A stretch of 32,000 nucleotides of DNA from Methanothermus fervidus DSM 2088 (GTDB taxonomy: Archaea; Methanobacteriota; Methanobacteria; DSM-2088; Methanothermaceae). Under the pieces are notes generated by a model. The model made no database searches. It was not told the origin of the DNA and saw nothing but the letters and a program-made list of their open reading frames with translations. Both the position numbers and the translations under genes were made by a program. This document shows positions 1 through 10,632 of this stretch, one piece after another; position 1 is the first letter of the stretch, and every line of letters starts with the position of its first letter. The DNA lies in assembly GCA_000166095.1 (NCBI GenBank), contig CP002278.1, positions 570,001 to 602,000 of the forward strand, given 5' to 3'.

Positions 1-362
1 CACAAATGATGCTAAAGTTAGCTAAAGAACATGCAAAATTTTTAGAAGCAGAAGTAGTTAGGGTTATACATGTGCCTGGAGTTTTTGAAATACCATTAGC
101 AGTAAAATTCCTTTTGGAGAATGAAGATGTTGACGCAGTTGTGACACTTGGTGCTGTAATTGAGGGTGAAACAGATCATGATCAGGTTGTAATGCAACAA
201 GCTTCACGAAAAATTATTGATCTCTCTCTTGAATATAATAAACCAGTAGCATTAGGAATTTCAGGTCCAGGAATGAGTAGACTTGAGGCTCATGAAAGAG
301 TCAAATATGCTAAAAGGGCTGTAGAGGCTGCTGTCAAAATGTGCAAGCGATTGAAAAGCTAA
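1..362 (+). CDS. ribH: 6,7-dimethyl-8-ribityllumazine synthase (5' end cut by window edge)
   Basis: The frame is open to base 3. The translation [22 protein letters not shown]...[15 protein letters not shown]...[29 protein letters not shown] matches, from memory, the C-terminal ~120 aa of archaeal RibH (M. jannaschii type, ~140 aa). Confidence 0.9.
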   Translation, partial: QMMLKLAKEHAKFLEAEVVRVIHVPGVFEIPLAVKFLLENEDVDAVVTLGAVIEGETDHDQVVMQQASRKIIDLSLEYNKPVALGISGPGMSRLEAHERVKYAKRAVEAAVKMCKRLKS

Positions 363-374
363 AAGGGATTTCTA

Positions 375-1307
375 ATGGAAATTTATACCCCCAATGAATT
401 AAGAAAAAAATTTAAAGATCCATGGGTAGCCCCATACAAAAAAATAATTACAATGGTGGATGATCAGATTGTAGAACTGGTTGAATATCATCCATGTATT
501 TCAGGTTCAGAATGGATGATCTACCAGTATAAACGGACAAGTAACTTAGTTTTAGATGCATATAGAGATGGAAACAAACATGTCTATATAGTTAAAGTAG
601 GTAAAGAAAAATTAAATTTGAAAGCCAGTTTTAGTGCTGCAGGGATCGAAGAAGTGAATGTAAAAGATGATGAAGTCAGGATTGTACATGCAGGTCTTGC
701 TGGGGCAGGTGTTGGTGCAGCTATTTGTAGAGGAATGGCAGAGGGTGTAAAAAGAATAGAAATATATAGTTTAGGCGGCGGATCCAAATTAGGAAAAGCA
801 GCTGTAATAACTCCTTTGATGAAGAAAATCGTAATTGGGATAGATGATACAGATACAAAAGAACAAGGTGCAACTTGGACTTTAGCACACAATCTTGGGA
901 CAAAATTGAAAGAAAAGGGGTATGAATATATTGATCATGTAATAGTACAGCTTTACCCAAAGAATCCTAATAAAACACAAAACTGCGTTGCAGTAGCACT
1001 AACGTTTGCTGTTAGGCCAGGAATGGAGGAAAAACTCGTTAATAATGCAGTGAAATTCCTTGAAAAAGCAACGCTTTCTGATAATACTGCAATAGCTGTC
1101 TTTGAAGGTATTAAAATCCCTGAAGAACTTATAAAATATTCAATAAAAGCTAAAACTAAAATGGTATCTTTAGATGAATGTTTAACCACTGCAAAAAAAT
1201 TAGGTATCAGTCTGATAGATGTGACTGGCGAGAAAGGTAAGATAGGTGCATTAGCTGCCATAGGATTGCATAACAATGTTAAGGAGGCTGTGAAACTTTA
1301 TTGCTGA
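375..1307 (+). CDS. TiaS-kinase-like domain protein (possibly methanogenesis marker protein 11 family); function unknown
   Basis: 310-aa ORF. The C-terminal half has VIGIDDTDTKEQGATWT, QLYPKNPNKTQN and GKIGALAAIG. These mirror the GIDDTD, L-x-P-x-x-P-x-KT and GxIGALAAxG motifs of the N-terminal kinase domain of tRNA(Ile2) agmatidine synthetase TiaS. The N-terminal ~150 aa are unassigned and contain a Gly-rich loop, GLAGAGVGAAICRG. There is no OB fold or Zn ribbon. Confidence 0.5.
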   Translation: MEIYTPNELRKKFKDPWVAPYKKIITMVDDQIVELVEYHPCISGSEWMIYQYKRTSNLVLDAYRDGNKHVYIVKVGKEKLNLKASFSAAGIEEVNVKDDEVRIVHAGLAGAGVGAAICRGMAEGVKRIEIYSLGGGSKLGKAAVITPLMKKIVIGIDDTDTKEQGATWTLAHNLGTKLKEKGYEYIDHVIVQLYPKNPNKTQNCVAVALTFAVRPGMEEKLVNNAVKFLEKATLSDNTAIAVFEGIKIPEELIKYSIKAKTKMVSLDECLTTAKKLGISLIDVTGEKGKIGALAAIGLHNNVKEAVKLYC

Positions 1308-1320
1308 ATCATTGTTAAGA

Positions 1321-1623
1321 TCATGAAAAGTTTTGCCTTTTTTCTATTACTTGTTTTTTAGATTTCTCTGCTAGATCTTGAAGTCCGGAAACAACGCTTT
1401 CAGGTAAAATGTCGTTCCCATTTTCAAAGATTATTTTTGATATTATTGCTGAGAGAACAAATATAGCGCACTTGTGTTCAATCTTTGTTCTGTGAATATG
1501 GTGAGGACTTATGTTAAGGGATAAATATTCTTTAGGTTCCTCATTTACATTCTCAACAGTTTTTAAGTATTTTAAAACGTAAACTAAAAATTGATGTAAT
1601 TGTATCAATTCATCTTTATACAT
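1321..1623 (-). CDS. small conserved archaeal protein, UPF0058-like
   Basis: 100-aa ORF with SD GGGAGG 7 nt upstream of the ATG. The N-terminus MYKDELIQLHQFLVYV and the central PHHIHRTK..HK motif resemble the UPF0058 family as I recall it. Confidence 0.55.
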   Translation of the reverse strand: MYKDELIQLHQFLVYVLKYLKTVENVNEEPKEYLSLNISPHHIHRTKIEHKCAIFVLSAIISKIIFENGNDILPESVVSGLQDLAEKSKKQVIEKRQNFS

Positions 1624-1764
1624 TTTATCCTCCCATTAAAATCACAAAGATTTTATGCTAGAGATTATTACTCCTTAATATACTTTTTTGGTTCAATGCA
1701 ATAAAAAATGTATTTATCATAATAATTTGATTCCCAATATTATTACTTATAGGAGAAAGATAGG

Positions 1765-3057
1765 ATGGAAGTTGTTGTGTTTAAAAAAGAAAAAATAGAG
1801 AATTTAATAAAAAGATCTGAAATTGATATAAGCACTGTTATACCGAAAGTTAGTGAAATAATAAGGGAAGTAAAAGAATGTGGGGATGAAGCACTAATAA
1901 ATTTAACTCGAAAGTTTGATGGAGTAGAAATTGATAAAATTAAAGTTACAAAAGATGAAATAAAAAGAAGTTACAAACGATTAGATGATAGCATTATTCA
2001 TGCATTAAAAAAAGCTTCAAAAAATATTAAAAAATTTCATGAACGACAAATTCCAAAAGAATGGTTTATAAATAATGATATTTATGCTGGACAAATAATT
2101 AGACCAATTGAAAGTGTAGGGTGTTACATACCAGGAGGTAGAGCTGTATATCCATCTACAGCATTGATGACAATAATTCCTGCGAAAGTTGCAGGAGTAA
2201 AAAGAGTTGTATGTTGTACACCTCCACAAGAAAATGGATTTGTTGATGATGCAACTTTAGTTGCTGCAGATATTGCAGGAGCAGACGAAATATATAAAGT
2301 GGGTGGAGTCCAAGCGATAGCTGCACTAGCTTATGGTACTGAAACAATAAGGCCTGTCAATAAAATTGTTGGACCAGGAAACATATTTGTCACTGCTGCA
2401 AAAAAACTTGTTTATGGAGATGTAGACATAGATTTTCTTGCTGGACCTTCAGAGGTTTTAATAATTGCTGATGAAAATGCTAAAGAAGAATACATTACTG
2501 CTGAAATGTTGGCACAAGCAGAACATGATCCACAAGCTTCATCAGTTCTTGTTACCAATTCAACGAAAATTGCAAACAACGTTAGATCCCTGATTAAAAA
2601 GAAAATTAAAAAATATAAAAGAAGAGAAATTATTGAAAAATCATTAAAAGAAAATGGTAAAATTGTAATAACTAAAAACATTAGAGAATCTATTGACTTT
2701 GCTAACAAATATGCGCCTGAACATCTAGTATTAATGGTTAAAAATCCAGAAAAATATTTAAAATATATAAACAATGCAGGTTCAATATTTTTGGGTGATA
2801 ATACACCAGTATCAGCTGGAGATTATGGATTAGGAAGTAATCATGTTTTACCAACTGGAGGATTTGCAAAAGCATGTGGAGGTCTATCTACAGAATCATT
2901 TATTAAAAAAATAACTGTGCAAAAACTTTCTAAAAAAGGACTACTTTCCCTAAAAGATATCGTAATTCCACTTTCAGAATATGAAGGTTTGGACGGACAT
3001 GCAAAATCTTTCAAGAAAAGACTAGAGGTGTTAAAAAGTGAGCATGATAAATGTTAA
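1765..3057 (+). CDS. hisD: histidinol dehydrogenase
   Basis: 430 aa with an upstream AGGAG SD. It shows typical HisD blocks: [54 protein letters not shown] and [13 protein letters not shown]. Confidence 0.95.
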   Translation: MEVVVFKKEKIENLIKRSEIDISTVIPKVSEIIREVKECGDEALINLTRKFDGVEIDKIKVTKDEIKRSYKRLDDSIIHALKKASKNIKKFHERQIPKEWFINNDIYAGQIIRPIESVGCYIPGGRAVYPSTALMTIIPAKVAGVKRVVCCTPPQENGFVDDATLVAADIAGADEIYKVGGVQAIAALAYGTETIRPVNKIVGPGNIFVTAAKKLVYGDVDIDFLAGPSEVLIIADENAKEEYITAEMLAQAEHDPQASSVLVTNSTKIANNVRSLIKKKIKKYKRREIIEKSLKENGKIVITKNIRESIDFANKYAPEHLVLMVKNPEKYLKYINNAGSIFLGDNTPVSAGDYGLGSNHVLPTGGFAKACGGLSTESFIKKITVQKLSKKGLLSLKDIVIPLSEYEGLDGHAKSFKKRLEVLKSEHDKC

Positions 3058-4354
3058 AAAAAGAACACATTACTCTGATGAAATTACGCCTGACATGGAT
3101 GGAAAAAAAGTATCATTGGTAGGTTGGGTACATGAAATAAGAGACTTGGGAGGTATTGTATTTTTACTTTTAAGAGATAGAGAGGGAATAATTCAAGTTA
3201 CTGCACCAAGTAAAAAAGTGGATAAAGAATTAATGGATAAAATGAGAAAATCTGGAAAGGAATCTGTTATATTTGTGGAAGGCACTGTAAAAGAATCTTC
3301 AAAAGCTCCAAATAATGTTGAGATTATACCAACAAATTTTGAAATAATAAATAAATCAAAACAGCCACTTCCGCTTGACACAACAGGGAAAGTAAAGGCA
3401 GAATTGGATACCAGGTTAGATGCTAGATTTTTAGATTTAAGAAAATTAAATGTAAATGCAATATTTAAAATAAGAAACAAAATGCTTAATTCTGTAAGAA
3501 AATTTTTTGAAGAAAATGGATTTATAGAAATTAATACACCAAAACTTGTTGCTTCTGCAACAGAAGGTGGAACAGCCTTATTCCCAGTTACATATTTTGA
3601 AAGAGAGGCTTTTTTAGGGCAAAGTCCTCAACTTTACAAACAGATGATGATGGCTGCAGGTTTTGAAAAAGTTTATGAGATTGGACCAATTTTTAGGGCA
3701 GAAGAACATGATACATTAAGACATTTGAATGAAGCTATATCTATAGATATTGAAGTTTCATTTGCTAATCATGAAGATGTCATGAAGATTCTTGAAAATC
3801 TCATTGTTAGGGTTATTGAAGATCTAAACAAAAGTTGTAAAAAAGAATTAAAAATATTAAATAAAAAATTAGAGGTTCCTGAAACTCCATTTGAGAGAAT
3901 AACATATGATGAAGTAATTGAAATTGTAAATTCTAAGGGAGTAGTACTGGAATATGGAGAAGATCTATCAAGGGCTGCTGAAAAGGCCCTTGGTGAAGAA
4001 ATGGATAATTATTACTTTATTATAGATTGGCCAACCTCAATAAAACCATTCTATGTTATGCCAAATGAAAAAAATCCAGAGAAATGTTATGCATTTGACT
4101 TGATGTATAAAGATTTAGAGATATCTTCAGGAGCTATGAGAATTCATGATCATGATTTATTAGTAAAAAGAATTAAGGAACAAGACCTAAATCCTGAATC
4201 CTTTAAATATTATTTAGATGCATTTAAGTATGGAATGCCACCACATGCTGGTTGGGGTCTCGGAGCTGAAAGATTTATGATGGCATTAACAGGTGTAAAA
4301 AATATACGTGAAACTATTTTGTTTCCAAGAGATAGAAGAAGATTAACTCCGTGA
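3038..4354 (+). CDS. aspS: aspartate--tRNA ligase, archaeal/eukaryal type
   Basis: 438 aa. The GTG start sits 7 nt after GAGGTG. There is an N-terminal OB anticodon-binding domain ([30 protein letters not shown]). Class II motifs are present: [21 protein letters not shown] and GWGLGAERF. Confidence 0.95.
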   Translation: MSMINVKKRTHYSDEITPDMDGKKVSLVGWVHEIRDLGGIVFLLLRDREGIIQVTAPSKKVDKELMDKMRKSGKESVIFVEGTVKESSKAPNNVEIIPTNFEIINKSKQPLPLDTTGKVKAELDTRLDARFLDLRKLNVNAIFKIRNKMLNSVRKFFEENGFIEINTPKLVASATEGGTALFPVTYFEREAFLGQSPQLYKQMMMAAGFEKVYEIGPIFRAEEHDTLRHLNEAISIDIEVSFANHEDVMKILENLIVRVIEDLNKSCKKELKILNKKLEVPETPFERITYDEVIEIVNSKGVVLEYGEDLSRAAEKALGEEMDNYYFIIDWPTSIKPFYVMPNEKNPEKCYAFDLMYKDLEISSGAMRIHDHDLLVKRIKEQDLNPESFKYYLDAFKYGMPPHAGWGLGAERFMMALTGVKNIRETILFPRDRRRLTP

Positions 4355-4357
4355 TTT

Positions 4358-4990
4358 TTGATGATGGGTGCATCAACAAAACAAGGTTATGAAATTGCAA
4401 AAAAAAGTCGTAAGATAGTGAGATTACTTATTGAAGATAAAATAAAAAATTTTTCTAAAGAGGAAAGAAAAATAATTGAGAGGGTTGTCCACTCTACAGC
4501 TGATTTAGATTTCGCTGAGTTAATCGAAATTCATCCAAATTTTGTAAATAAAAGTTTGGAAGCTTTAAATAATAATGAAGATATTTTTGTAGATGTAAAA
4601 ATGGTTAAGGTTGGAATAAATAAATACCCTGGGAATATATTATGTTATATCGATGATAAAGACGTAATCAAATTAGCTAAGAAAAAACAAATAACAAGAG
4701 CTGCAGCATCTGTTGAACATCTTGTGAATACAAATTTTAATGGAATTGTTGTTATAGGTAACTCCCCAACTGCATTATACAAAATAATTGAATTTCATAA
4801 AAAGAATAAATTAAAAGTTAAGAGTGTAATTGGTGTACCAGTTGGATTTGTATCTGCAGAAGAAGCAAAAGAAATGTTAAAAGATTCAGGTATTCCTTAT
4901 TTAATAACTAGAGGTCCAAAAGGAGGTACATCTGTAGCTGTAGCTGCAATAAATTCACTTATAAATATGAGGGATAAAAATGAATTCTAA
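4358..4990 (+). CDS. cbiC: cobalt-precorrin-8 methylmutase
   Basis: 210 aa. [24 protein letters not shown] and GVPVGFV.AEEAK are typical of CbiC/CobH. The exact start (TTG 4358 or ATG 4361/4364) is uncertain. Confidence 0.85.
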   Translation: MMMGASTKQGYEIAKKSRKIVRLLIEDKIKNFSKEERKIIERVVHSTADLDFAELIEIHPNFVNKSLEALNNNEDIFVDVKMVKVGINKYPGNILCYIDDKDVIKLAKKKQITRAAASVEHLVNTNFNGIVVIGNSPTALYKIIEFHKKNKLKVKSVIGVPVGFVSAEEAKEMLKDSGIPYLITRGPKGGTSVAVAAINSLINMRDKNEF

Positions 4991-6236
4991 AAAATTATTT
5001 GAAGAAGCTAAAAAATTTATGCCTGGTGGTGTTAATTCCCCAGTGAGAGCTTTTGAACCTTATCCATTTTTTGTTGAAAGAGGTAGAGGATGTTTTATTT
5101 ATGACATCGATGGAAATTCATATATTGATTATTGTTTAGCATATGGACCATTAATACTTGGACATGCTCATCCTTCGGTTGTGGCTGCTGTATATAAACA
5201 AGCTGAAAAAGGAACAACTTATGGGACACCGACAGAAAAAGAATTAAAACTTGCAAAATTTGTTGTAGATAAAGTTCCATGTGCAGAAATGGTTAGATTT
5301 GTTAATTCAGGTACTGAGGCAACTATGAGTGCTATAAGATTGGCAAGAGCATTTACAGGCAAAGAGAAAATTGTAAAATTTGAAGGTGCATACCATGGTG
5401 CACATGATTATGTTTTAGTTAAACCTGGTTCTGGTGCTACGACATTGCCAGATTCAGTAGGTATTCCAAAAGAAACAACCAAAAATACAATATTGTGTAC
5501 ATACAATGATGAAGAATCTGTAATAAATGCCATTGAAAATCATGATGTAGCTGCAGTTCTTGTTGAACCTGTTATGGGAAATATAGGATGTATAAAGCCA
5601 AAAAAAGGTTATTTAAAATTTTTAAGAAAAATAACAAAAGAAAATGATATATTATTAATATTTGATGAAGTGATAACAGGGTTTAGATTGGCTGAAGGTG
5701 GAGCACAAGAATATTATGGTGTGACACCTGATTTAGTAACTTTAGGCAAAGTCTTAGGTGGGGGACTCCCAATAGGTGCACTAGCAGGGAAAAAAGAAAT
5801 TATGGAAAATATAGCGCCTAGTGGGGATGTATATCAGGCAGGAACATTTAATGGTAATCCAATGACAATGTCTGCTGGATTAGCAACTCTTAAACATTTA
5901 GATAAAAAATTTTACAAGGAGCTGAATAAAAAAGGTAAATATCTTACAGAAGGAATAAATGACATAGTTGAAGATGTAGGTATTGGATACCTATCATCTG
6001 TTGGATCAATGTTTCAAATTTATTTCACTGAGGGAAAAGTACTTAATCATGAAGATGCTAAAAAATCAAATGTGAAAGTTTTTAATAAATATTTCAAAAC
6101 ATTGTTGAAGGAAGGAGTTTTTGTTCCACCGTCACAATTTGAGTGTTGTTTTATATCTGATGCTCATGACTACAAAATTCTTGATAATACACTTGAAAAA
6201 ATTGAGACTTCTCTTAAAAAATTAAAAAATGAATAA
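4980..6236 (+). CDS. hemL: glutamate-1-semialdehyde 2,1-aminomutase
   Basis: 418 aa. It has [40 protein letters not shown] and the PLP-lysine context [11 protein letters not shown]. Confidence 0.95.
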   Translation: MNSKKLFEEAKKFMPGGVNSPVRAFEPYPFFVERGRGCFIYDIDGNSYIDYCLAYGPLILGHAHPSVVAAVYKQAEKGTTYGTPTEKELKLAKFVVDKVPCAEMVRFVNSGTEATMSAIRLARAFTGKEKIVKFEGAYHGAHDYVLVKPGSGATTLPDSVGIPKETTKNTILCTYNDEESVINAIENHDVAAVLVEPVMGNIGCIKPKKGYLKFLRKITKENDILLIFDEVITGFRLAEGGAQEYYGVTPDLVTLGKVLGGGLPIGALAGKKEIMENIAPSGDVYQAGTFNGNPMTMSAGLATLKHLDKKFYKELNKKGKYLTEGINDIVEDVGIGYLSSVGSMFQIYFTEGKVLNHEDAKKSNVKVFNKYFKTLLKEGVFVPPSQFECCFISDAHDYKILDNTLEKIETSLKKLKNE

Positions 6237-6948
6237 CATGGTTTCAATAGCTATTGGTGTTGGAAAAAATAAAAATGTAGAAAAAGCAGTTAAAAATGTA
6301 AATTTTGATGTTTTATTAGCCCATTCTGAAGATGAGCTAATTGAAATGATAGAAAATAATGAAGCCGATGCTTATGTAAGAGGTTCTTTATCTTCATCAA
6401 TAATTCTCAAACTTAGAAAAATGGGTGAAATTCATAGAGCATCCCTAATAGAAACAAATGGAAAAAGATTCTTTTTAACACCAGTGGGGATCGATGAAGG
6501 TAGAACTCTCAAAGAAAAGCTTAAAATAATTAAAAAATGTTATAATTTTTTTAAAAAAATAAATTTAAAACCTAAGATAGCTATACTTTCAGGTGGTCGT
6601 AAGGAAGATGTGGGAAGGTCAATAGAAGTTGATAAATCCATAGAGGAAGGTGAAAAATTAGAAAAACTTGCAAAAGATATGGGTGCCAAACATTACTATA
6701 TATTAATAGAGAAGGCAATAAAAGATGGATGTAATCTTGTCGTTGCACCAAATGGTATTTGTGGAAATTTAATTTTTAGGTCTTTAGTGTTAGTAGGTTC
6801 AGCTAAAAGTTATGGGGCAATTTCTTTGGGAATAGATCCAATATTTATAGATACATCAAGATCTCAAACTGTAGAAGGATATATGAGAGCTCTAAAATTT
6901 GCAAAATATCTTGCAACAAAATTTAAAAAGGAAGGACAATGTCATTAA
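6229..6948 (+). CDS. MtxX-like / methanogenesis marker protein 4-like (PlsX/Pta-fold) protein, function unknown
   Basis: 239 aa. [26 protein letters not shown] and [16 protein letters not shown] recall the methanogen-restricted MtxX-related family. The family assignment is from memory and is not verified. Confidence 0.5.
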   Translation: MNNMVSIAIGVGKNKNVEKAVKNVNFDVLLAHSEDELIEMIENNEADAYVRGSLSSSIILKLRKMGEIHRASLIETNGKRFFLTPVGIDEGRTLKEKLKIIKKCYNFFKKINLKPKIAILSGGRKEDVGRSIEVDKSIEEGEKLEKLAKDMGAKHYYILIEKAIKDGCNLVVAPNGICGNLIFRSLVLVGSAKSYGAISLGIDPIFIDTSRSQTVEGYMRALKFAKYLATKFKKEGQCH

Positions 6949-7706
6949 CAAAACCTATTTATAAACTTTATGAATGGCACTTAAAAAGAAATTTAGACAA
7001 AAACAAAATACCGAAGCATGTGGCTATAATTATGGATGGTAACAGACGATATGCTAGATTAATAGGTAGTAAAGATCCAACAATTGGTCACAAGAAGGGT
7101 GTTAAAACATTGGAAAAACTACTTGATTGGTGTATAGAACTTGGAATAAAGATTGTAACTGTTTATGCTTTTTCAACCGAAAATTTTAAAAGACCAAAAC
7201 ATGAAGTCAAAAAGCTAATGAAACTTTTCGAGGAAAATTTCAAAAGGATAAAAACTGATAAAAAAATTCATAAAAATAAAATAAGAGTAAAAGCTATTGG
7301 AAAATTAGAATTATTACCTAAAAATTTGAGGAAAGCTATAAAAGAAGCAGAAGAAGCTACAAAACATTACAAAGAAAGGTTGTTAAATGTTGCTATTGGT
7401 TATGATGGTCGCCAAGAAATTGTTGATGCAGTGAAAAAAATTGCTAAAAAAGTTAAAGAAGGTAAACTTTCACTAAATGAAATAAACGAAGAGGTTGTTG
7501 ATAAACATCTTTATACAGCGGAAGTAGAGGATCCACAATTAATTATAAGGACTAGTGGAGAAGAAAGATTGAGTGGTTTCTTGCTATGGCAGTCCTCCTA
7601 TTCTGAACTTTATTTCTGTGATAGTTTATGGCCAGAATTCAGGAAGGTAGATTTTTTGAGAGCTATAAGATCATATCAACAAAGAGAAAGAAGATTTGGT
7701 AGGTGA
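6939..7706 (+). CDS. uppS: cis-prenyltransferase (undecaprenyl/dolichyl-precursor diphosphate synthase)
   Basis: 255 aa with the hallmarks [47 protein letters not shown] and F.RA...YQ.RERRFG. Confidence 0.93.
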   Translation: MSLTKPIYKLYEWHLKRNLDKNKIPKHVAIIMDGNRRYARLIGSKDPTIGHKKGVKTLEKLLDWCIELGIKIVTVYAFSTENFKRPKHEVKKLMKLFEENFKRIKTDKKIHKNKIRVKAIGKLELLPKNLRKAIKEAEEATKHYKERLLNVAIGYDGRQEIVDAVKKIAKKVKEGKLSLNEINEEVVDKHLYTAEVEDPQLIIRTSGEERLSGFLLWQSSYSELYFCDSLWPEFRKVDFLRAIRSYQQRERRFGR

Positions 7707-8458
7707 AAAAATTGATAGACATTCATTGCCATCTTGATTTCAAAAATTTCAATAAGGATCGTGAAGAAGTCATAAATCGTGCAAAAAAGAAATTGACAGC
7801 TGTTATTAATTCTGGAGCATCATATGAAGGTAATAAAAAAACTTTAAAACTTTCTAAAGAATATGAGGGATTCATATACCCAACACTTGGTTTTCATCCA
7901 ACAAATAATGAGCCTATAGATAGAACCATCGAAGAAATAGAGAAAAATGTAGAGTATATAGTTGGTATTGGTGAAGTTGGAATGGACTTTTATCGTGTGG
8001 AAGATCCTGAAGAAAGAAAAAAACAAGAACATATTTTTAAAAAATTTATAGAGCTTTCAAATGAATATGAACTCCCTCTGGTTATTCATGCAAGAGAATG
8101 TGAAGATCGCGTGTTTGAAATAGTTAAGGAACTTAAAGATGATTCAAATGTTGTGTTTCATTGTTATAGTGGAAGTGTAGAGCTTGCTAAAAAAATATTA
8201 GAAGAAGGATATTATATTTCTGTTCCAACTCTTGTATGTTTTTCAAAACATCATCAAAATATTGTAAAAAATTTACCTCTGGAAAAAATTTTAACAGAGA
8301 CTGATAGTCCATTTTTATCCCCTTATAGAGGTAAAAGAAACGAACCATCATTTGTTGAAGAAGCTGTTAAAAAAATAGCTGAACTAAAATCCGTGAGCAT
8401 AGAAAAAGTAGATGAAATAACAGATAGAAATGCTAGAAAAGTTTTTAATATTGGGTGA
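7703..8458 (+). CDS. TatD-family metal-dependent hydrolase/DNase
   Basis: 251 aa. It has [32 protein letters not shown] and TETDSPFL. The GTG start overlaps the uppS stop (GTGA). Confidence 0.88.
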   Translation: MKKLIDIHCHLDFKNFNKDREEVINRAKKKLTAVINSGASYEGNKKTLKLSKEYEGFIYPTLGFHPTNNEPIDRTIEEIEKNVEYIVGIGEVGMDFYRVEDPEERKKQEHIFKKFIELSNEYELPLVIHARECEDRVFEIVKELKDDSNVVFHCYSGSVELAKKILEEGYYISVPTLVCFSKHHQNIVKNLPLEKILTETDSPFLSPYRGKRNEPSFVEEAVKKIAELKSVSIEKVDEITDRNARKVFNIG

Positions 8459-8462
8459 TCAC

Positions 8463-9113
8463 TTGAGACCTTATGTGATTCTAAATGCTGCAATGACTCT
8501 TGATGGTAAAATTGCCACTAAAACCTATGACTCTAAAATTTCAGGTGAGGAGGATCTCATCAGAGTCCATAAATTAAGAAAAGAATGTGATGGAATAATG
8601 GTAGGTATAAATACTGTCATTATAGATGATCCAAGATTAACCGTGCATAAAATAAATTCGAAGCCATCTGATAACCCTGTGAGAGTTATTGCTGACAGTA
8701 GAGCAAGAACTCCATTGAATGCAAGAGTATTAAATAATGAAGCACCTACAGTAATCGCTGTTAGCGAGAAAGCTAAAAATGAAAAAGTTGAAAAGCTTAA
8801 AAAAAGAGCAAAAGTGTTAGTACTTGGAAAGGAAAGAGTTGACCTCGTGGCACTAATGGAAAAACTCAAAGACATGGGAATAAATAAATTAATGTTAGAA
8901 GGAGGATCTACATTAAATTTTTCCATGTTATCCAAAGGTTTAGTCGACGAGGTTAGAGTTTGTGTAGCTCCAATGATTGTTGGTGGTAAAGATGCAAAAA
9001 CCTTAGTTGATGGACCTGGCTTTGAAAAAATGGATGAAGCAATAAAATTAAAATTAAAGAAATATTATACACTTGGTAAAGATTTAATTTTAGAATATAA
9101 AGTTATCTATTGA
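8463..9113 (+). CDS. 2,5-diamino-6-(ribosylamino)-4(3H)-pyrimidinone 5'-phosphate reductase (archaeal riboflavin pathway)
   Basis: [34 protein letters not shown] and [12 protein letters not shown] mark the RibD-C/archaeal reductase family. I prefer TTG 8463, which lies 3 nt after GGTGAT, the same geometry as the thpR start. ATG 8430 is the longer ORF-track alternative. Confidence 0.85.
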   Translation: MRPYVILNAAMTLDGKIATKTYDSKISGEEDLIRVHKLRKECDGIMVGINTVIIDDPRLTVHKINSKPSDNPVRVIADSRARTPLNARVLNNEAPTVIAVSEKAKNEKVEKLKKRAKVLVLGKERVDLVALMEKLKDMGINKLMLEGGSTLNFSMLSKGLVDEVRVCVAPMIVGGKDAKTLVDGPGFEKMDEAIKLKLKKYYTLGKDLILEYKVIY

Positions 9114-9753
9114 TTATTCTTTTCGGATATTTATCTAAAGCTTTTTTTGCAATTTTTTTTGGTAATCCTGAGCCTATTGCTAATTTATAAGCAAAATTGT
9201 AATCTATGAGATCTTCAGGTGAATGTGCATCACTGTTAACAACAACGGGAATATCTAACTCCATTGCTATTTTTGCAACATGACCATTTGATAAACAATG
9301 TCCAGCCCTAGAGGTTATTTCAAGTGCCACATCATTTTCTTTGGCTATTTCAGCATCTTCATAGCTTATTAATCCTGGATGTGCTAATATGTCAACTTCA
9401 GGACATTCCACCGCAGCATGGTTTGTGCCCTTTGCAACAGGTTCAACTAAAGATTCTCCATGAACTAATATTATTTCTGCGCCTAAATTTCTGGCTTTAT
9501 TTGCTAATTTTTCTATCACTTCTGGAGGTACATGTGTTATCTCTACACCAGGAATAACTTTAATTTCCCAATTTTCTTCGATGTCATCTACAACTCTAAT
9601 AATATTCTCAACACAATATATATTTGAGTGATCAACATGATCTGTTATTGCAATAGCTTCATGTCCTAAAAATTTTGCGCGACGGGCTATTTCCGAAGGT
9701 ATAAGATCTCCATCACTAAATATACTATGAATATGCAAGTCTATCCTCTTCAT
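9103..9753 (-). CDS. PHP-domain metal-dependent phosphoesterase
   Basis: 216 aa with SD GGAGGG 6 nt upstream. [29 protein letters not shown] and [10 protein letters not shown] are the PHP His/Asp metal-ligand motifs. The substrate is unknown. Confidence 0.8.
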   Translation of the reverse strand: MKRIDLHIHSIFSDGDLIPSEIARRAKFLGHEAIAITDHVDHSNIYCVENIIRVVDDIEENWEIKVIPGVEITHVPPEVIEKLANKARNLGAEIILVHGESLVEPVAKGTNHAAVECPEVDILAHPGLISYEDAEIAKENDVALEITSRAGHCLSNGHVAKIAMELDIPVVVNSDAHSPEDLIDYNFAYKLAIGSGLPKKIAKKALDKYPKRIINR

Positions 9754-9771
9754 TTAATTCCCTCCTAAAAA

Positions 9772-10608
9772 GTGATTAACATGGTTTCGGTATTTGTCCC
9801 ATCTCATATAACAGGATTTTTCCAAGTGGTAGATCATAATAATCCTCTCAAAAAAGGGTCAAGAGGTGCTGGTATAGTAATAAATAGAGGAGTGACAACT
9901 ACAGTAAAGTCTTCTAATAAGACTAAGATAGATGGTTTGGAGATAATTGCTAAAAAAGTTATTGAAGTAATGAAAAGATATTACAACATTGGAAATATTA
10001 AAGTTAAACATGAGATTGACGTACCTATTGGATGTGGATTAGGAGTTTCAGGTGCATGTGCTTTAGGCACTGCCATTGGAATTGCTAAAGAATTAAAATT
10101 ACCTATAACTCTCAACCAAGCAGCTGATTTCGCACATTTAGCAGAAGTTGAGCTCAAAACAGGTTTGGGGGACGTTATTGCAGAGTTGTCTGGCGGGTTA
10201 GTTATAAGAACTAGAGAAGGTGCTCCTAGTTATGGAAAAATAGATAAAATAATTGTTCCATCACTTTATGTTATAATAAAGGTATTGGATAAGATAAATA
10301 CACCTGCTATTTTAAAAGATAAGTTATATTTAGAAAAAATAAACAAGATTGGGGAAAAAATGTTGAAGAAGATATTGATACAACCTTCACTAAAAAATTT
10401 TCTAAATTTATCTTCTAACTTTTCTAAAAAGATATCTATAGTGACACCTGAAATTAAAGATATAATGGATATTATGAATGAAGAAACAATTGGGTCTTCT
10501 GTAGCAATGTTAGGTAAAACAATATTTGGAATATCTGAAACTCCAGAAACTTCATTAGATGATGTAATAATTGCAAAAATTGATTTTACTGGCGCTAGAA
10601 TCTTATAA
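9772..10608 (+). CDS. pantoate kinase (archaeal CoA pathway, GHMP kinase family)
   Basis: The N-terminus FVPSHITGFF and the GHMP motif PIGCGLGVSGACALGTA are present, and the length is ~275 aa. The start is GTG 9772 or ATG 9781, the latter preceded by GTGAT. Confidence 0.8.
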   Translation: MINMVSVFVPSHITGFFQVVDHNNPLKKGSRGAGIVINRGVTTTVKSSNKTKIDGLEIIAKKVIEVMKRYYNIGNIKVKHEIDVPIGCGLGVSGACALGTAIGIAKELKLPITLNQAADFAHLAEVELKTGLGDVIAELSGGLVIRTREGAPSYGKIDKIIVPSLYVIIKVLDKINTPAILKDKLYLEKINKIGEKMLKKILIQPSLKNFLNLSSNFSKKISIVTPEIKDIMDIMNEETIGSSVAMLGKTIFGISETPETSLDDVIIAKIDFTGARIL

Positions 10609-10632
10609 TAATAAATCCTGGGGGCAAATCCT

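Noticed and set aside
4352-4360. aspS and cbiC are in the same reading frame, separated only by TGA plus one codon. This raised the possibility of a selenocysteine or read-through fusion.
   Set aside because: Both products are complete, independent enzymes at their normal lengths. No SECIS-like structure is evident, and Methanobacteriales are not known to use Sec. Same-frame adjacency is expected by chance in one third of junctions.
4358-4366. TGATGA strings at 4359-4364 and near 31820-31826 were considered as box C elements of C/D sRNAs.
   Set aside because: There is no matching CTGA D box, no C'/D' pair and no terminal stem at the required 50-70 nt spacing. Both strings are explained by start-codon contexts.
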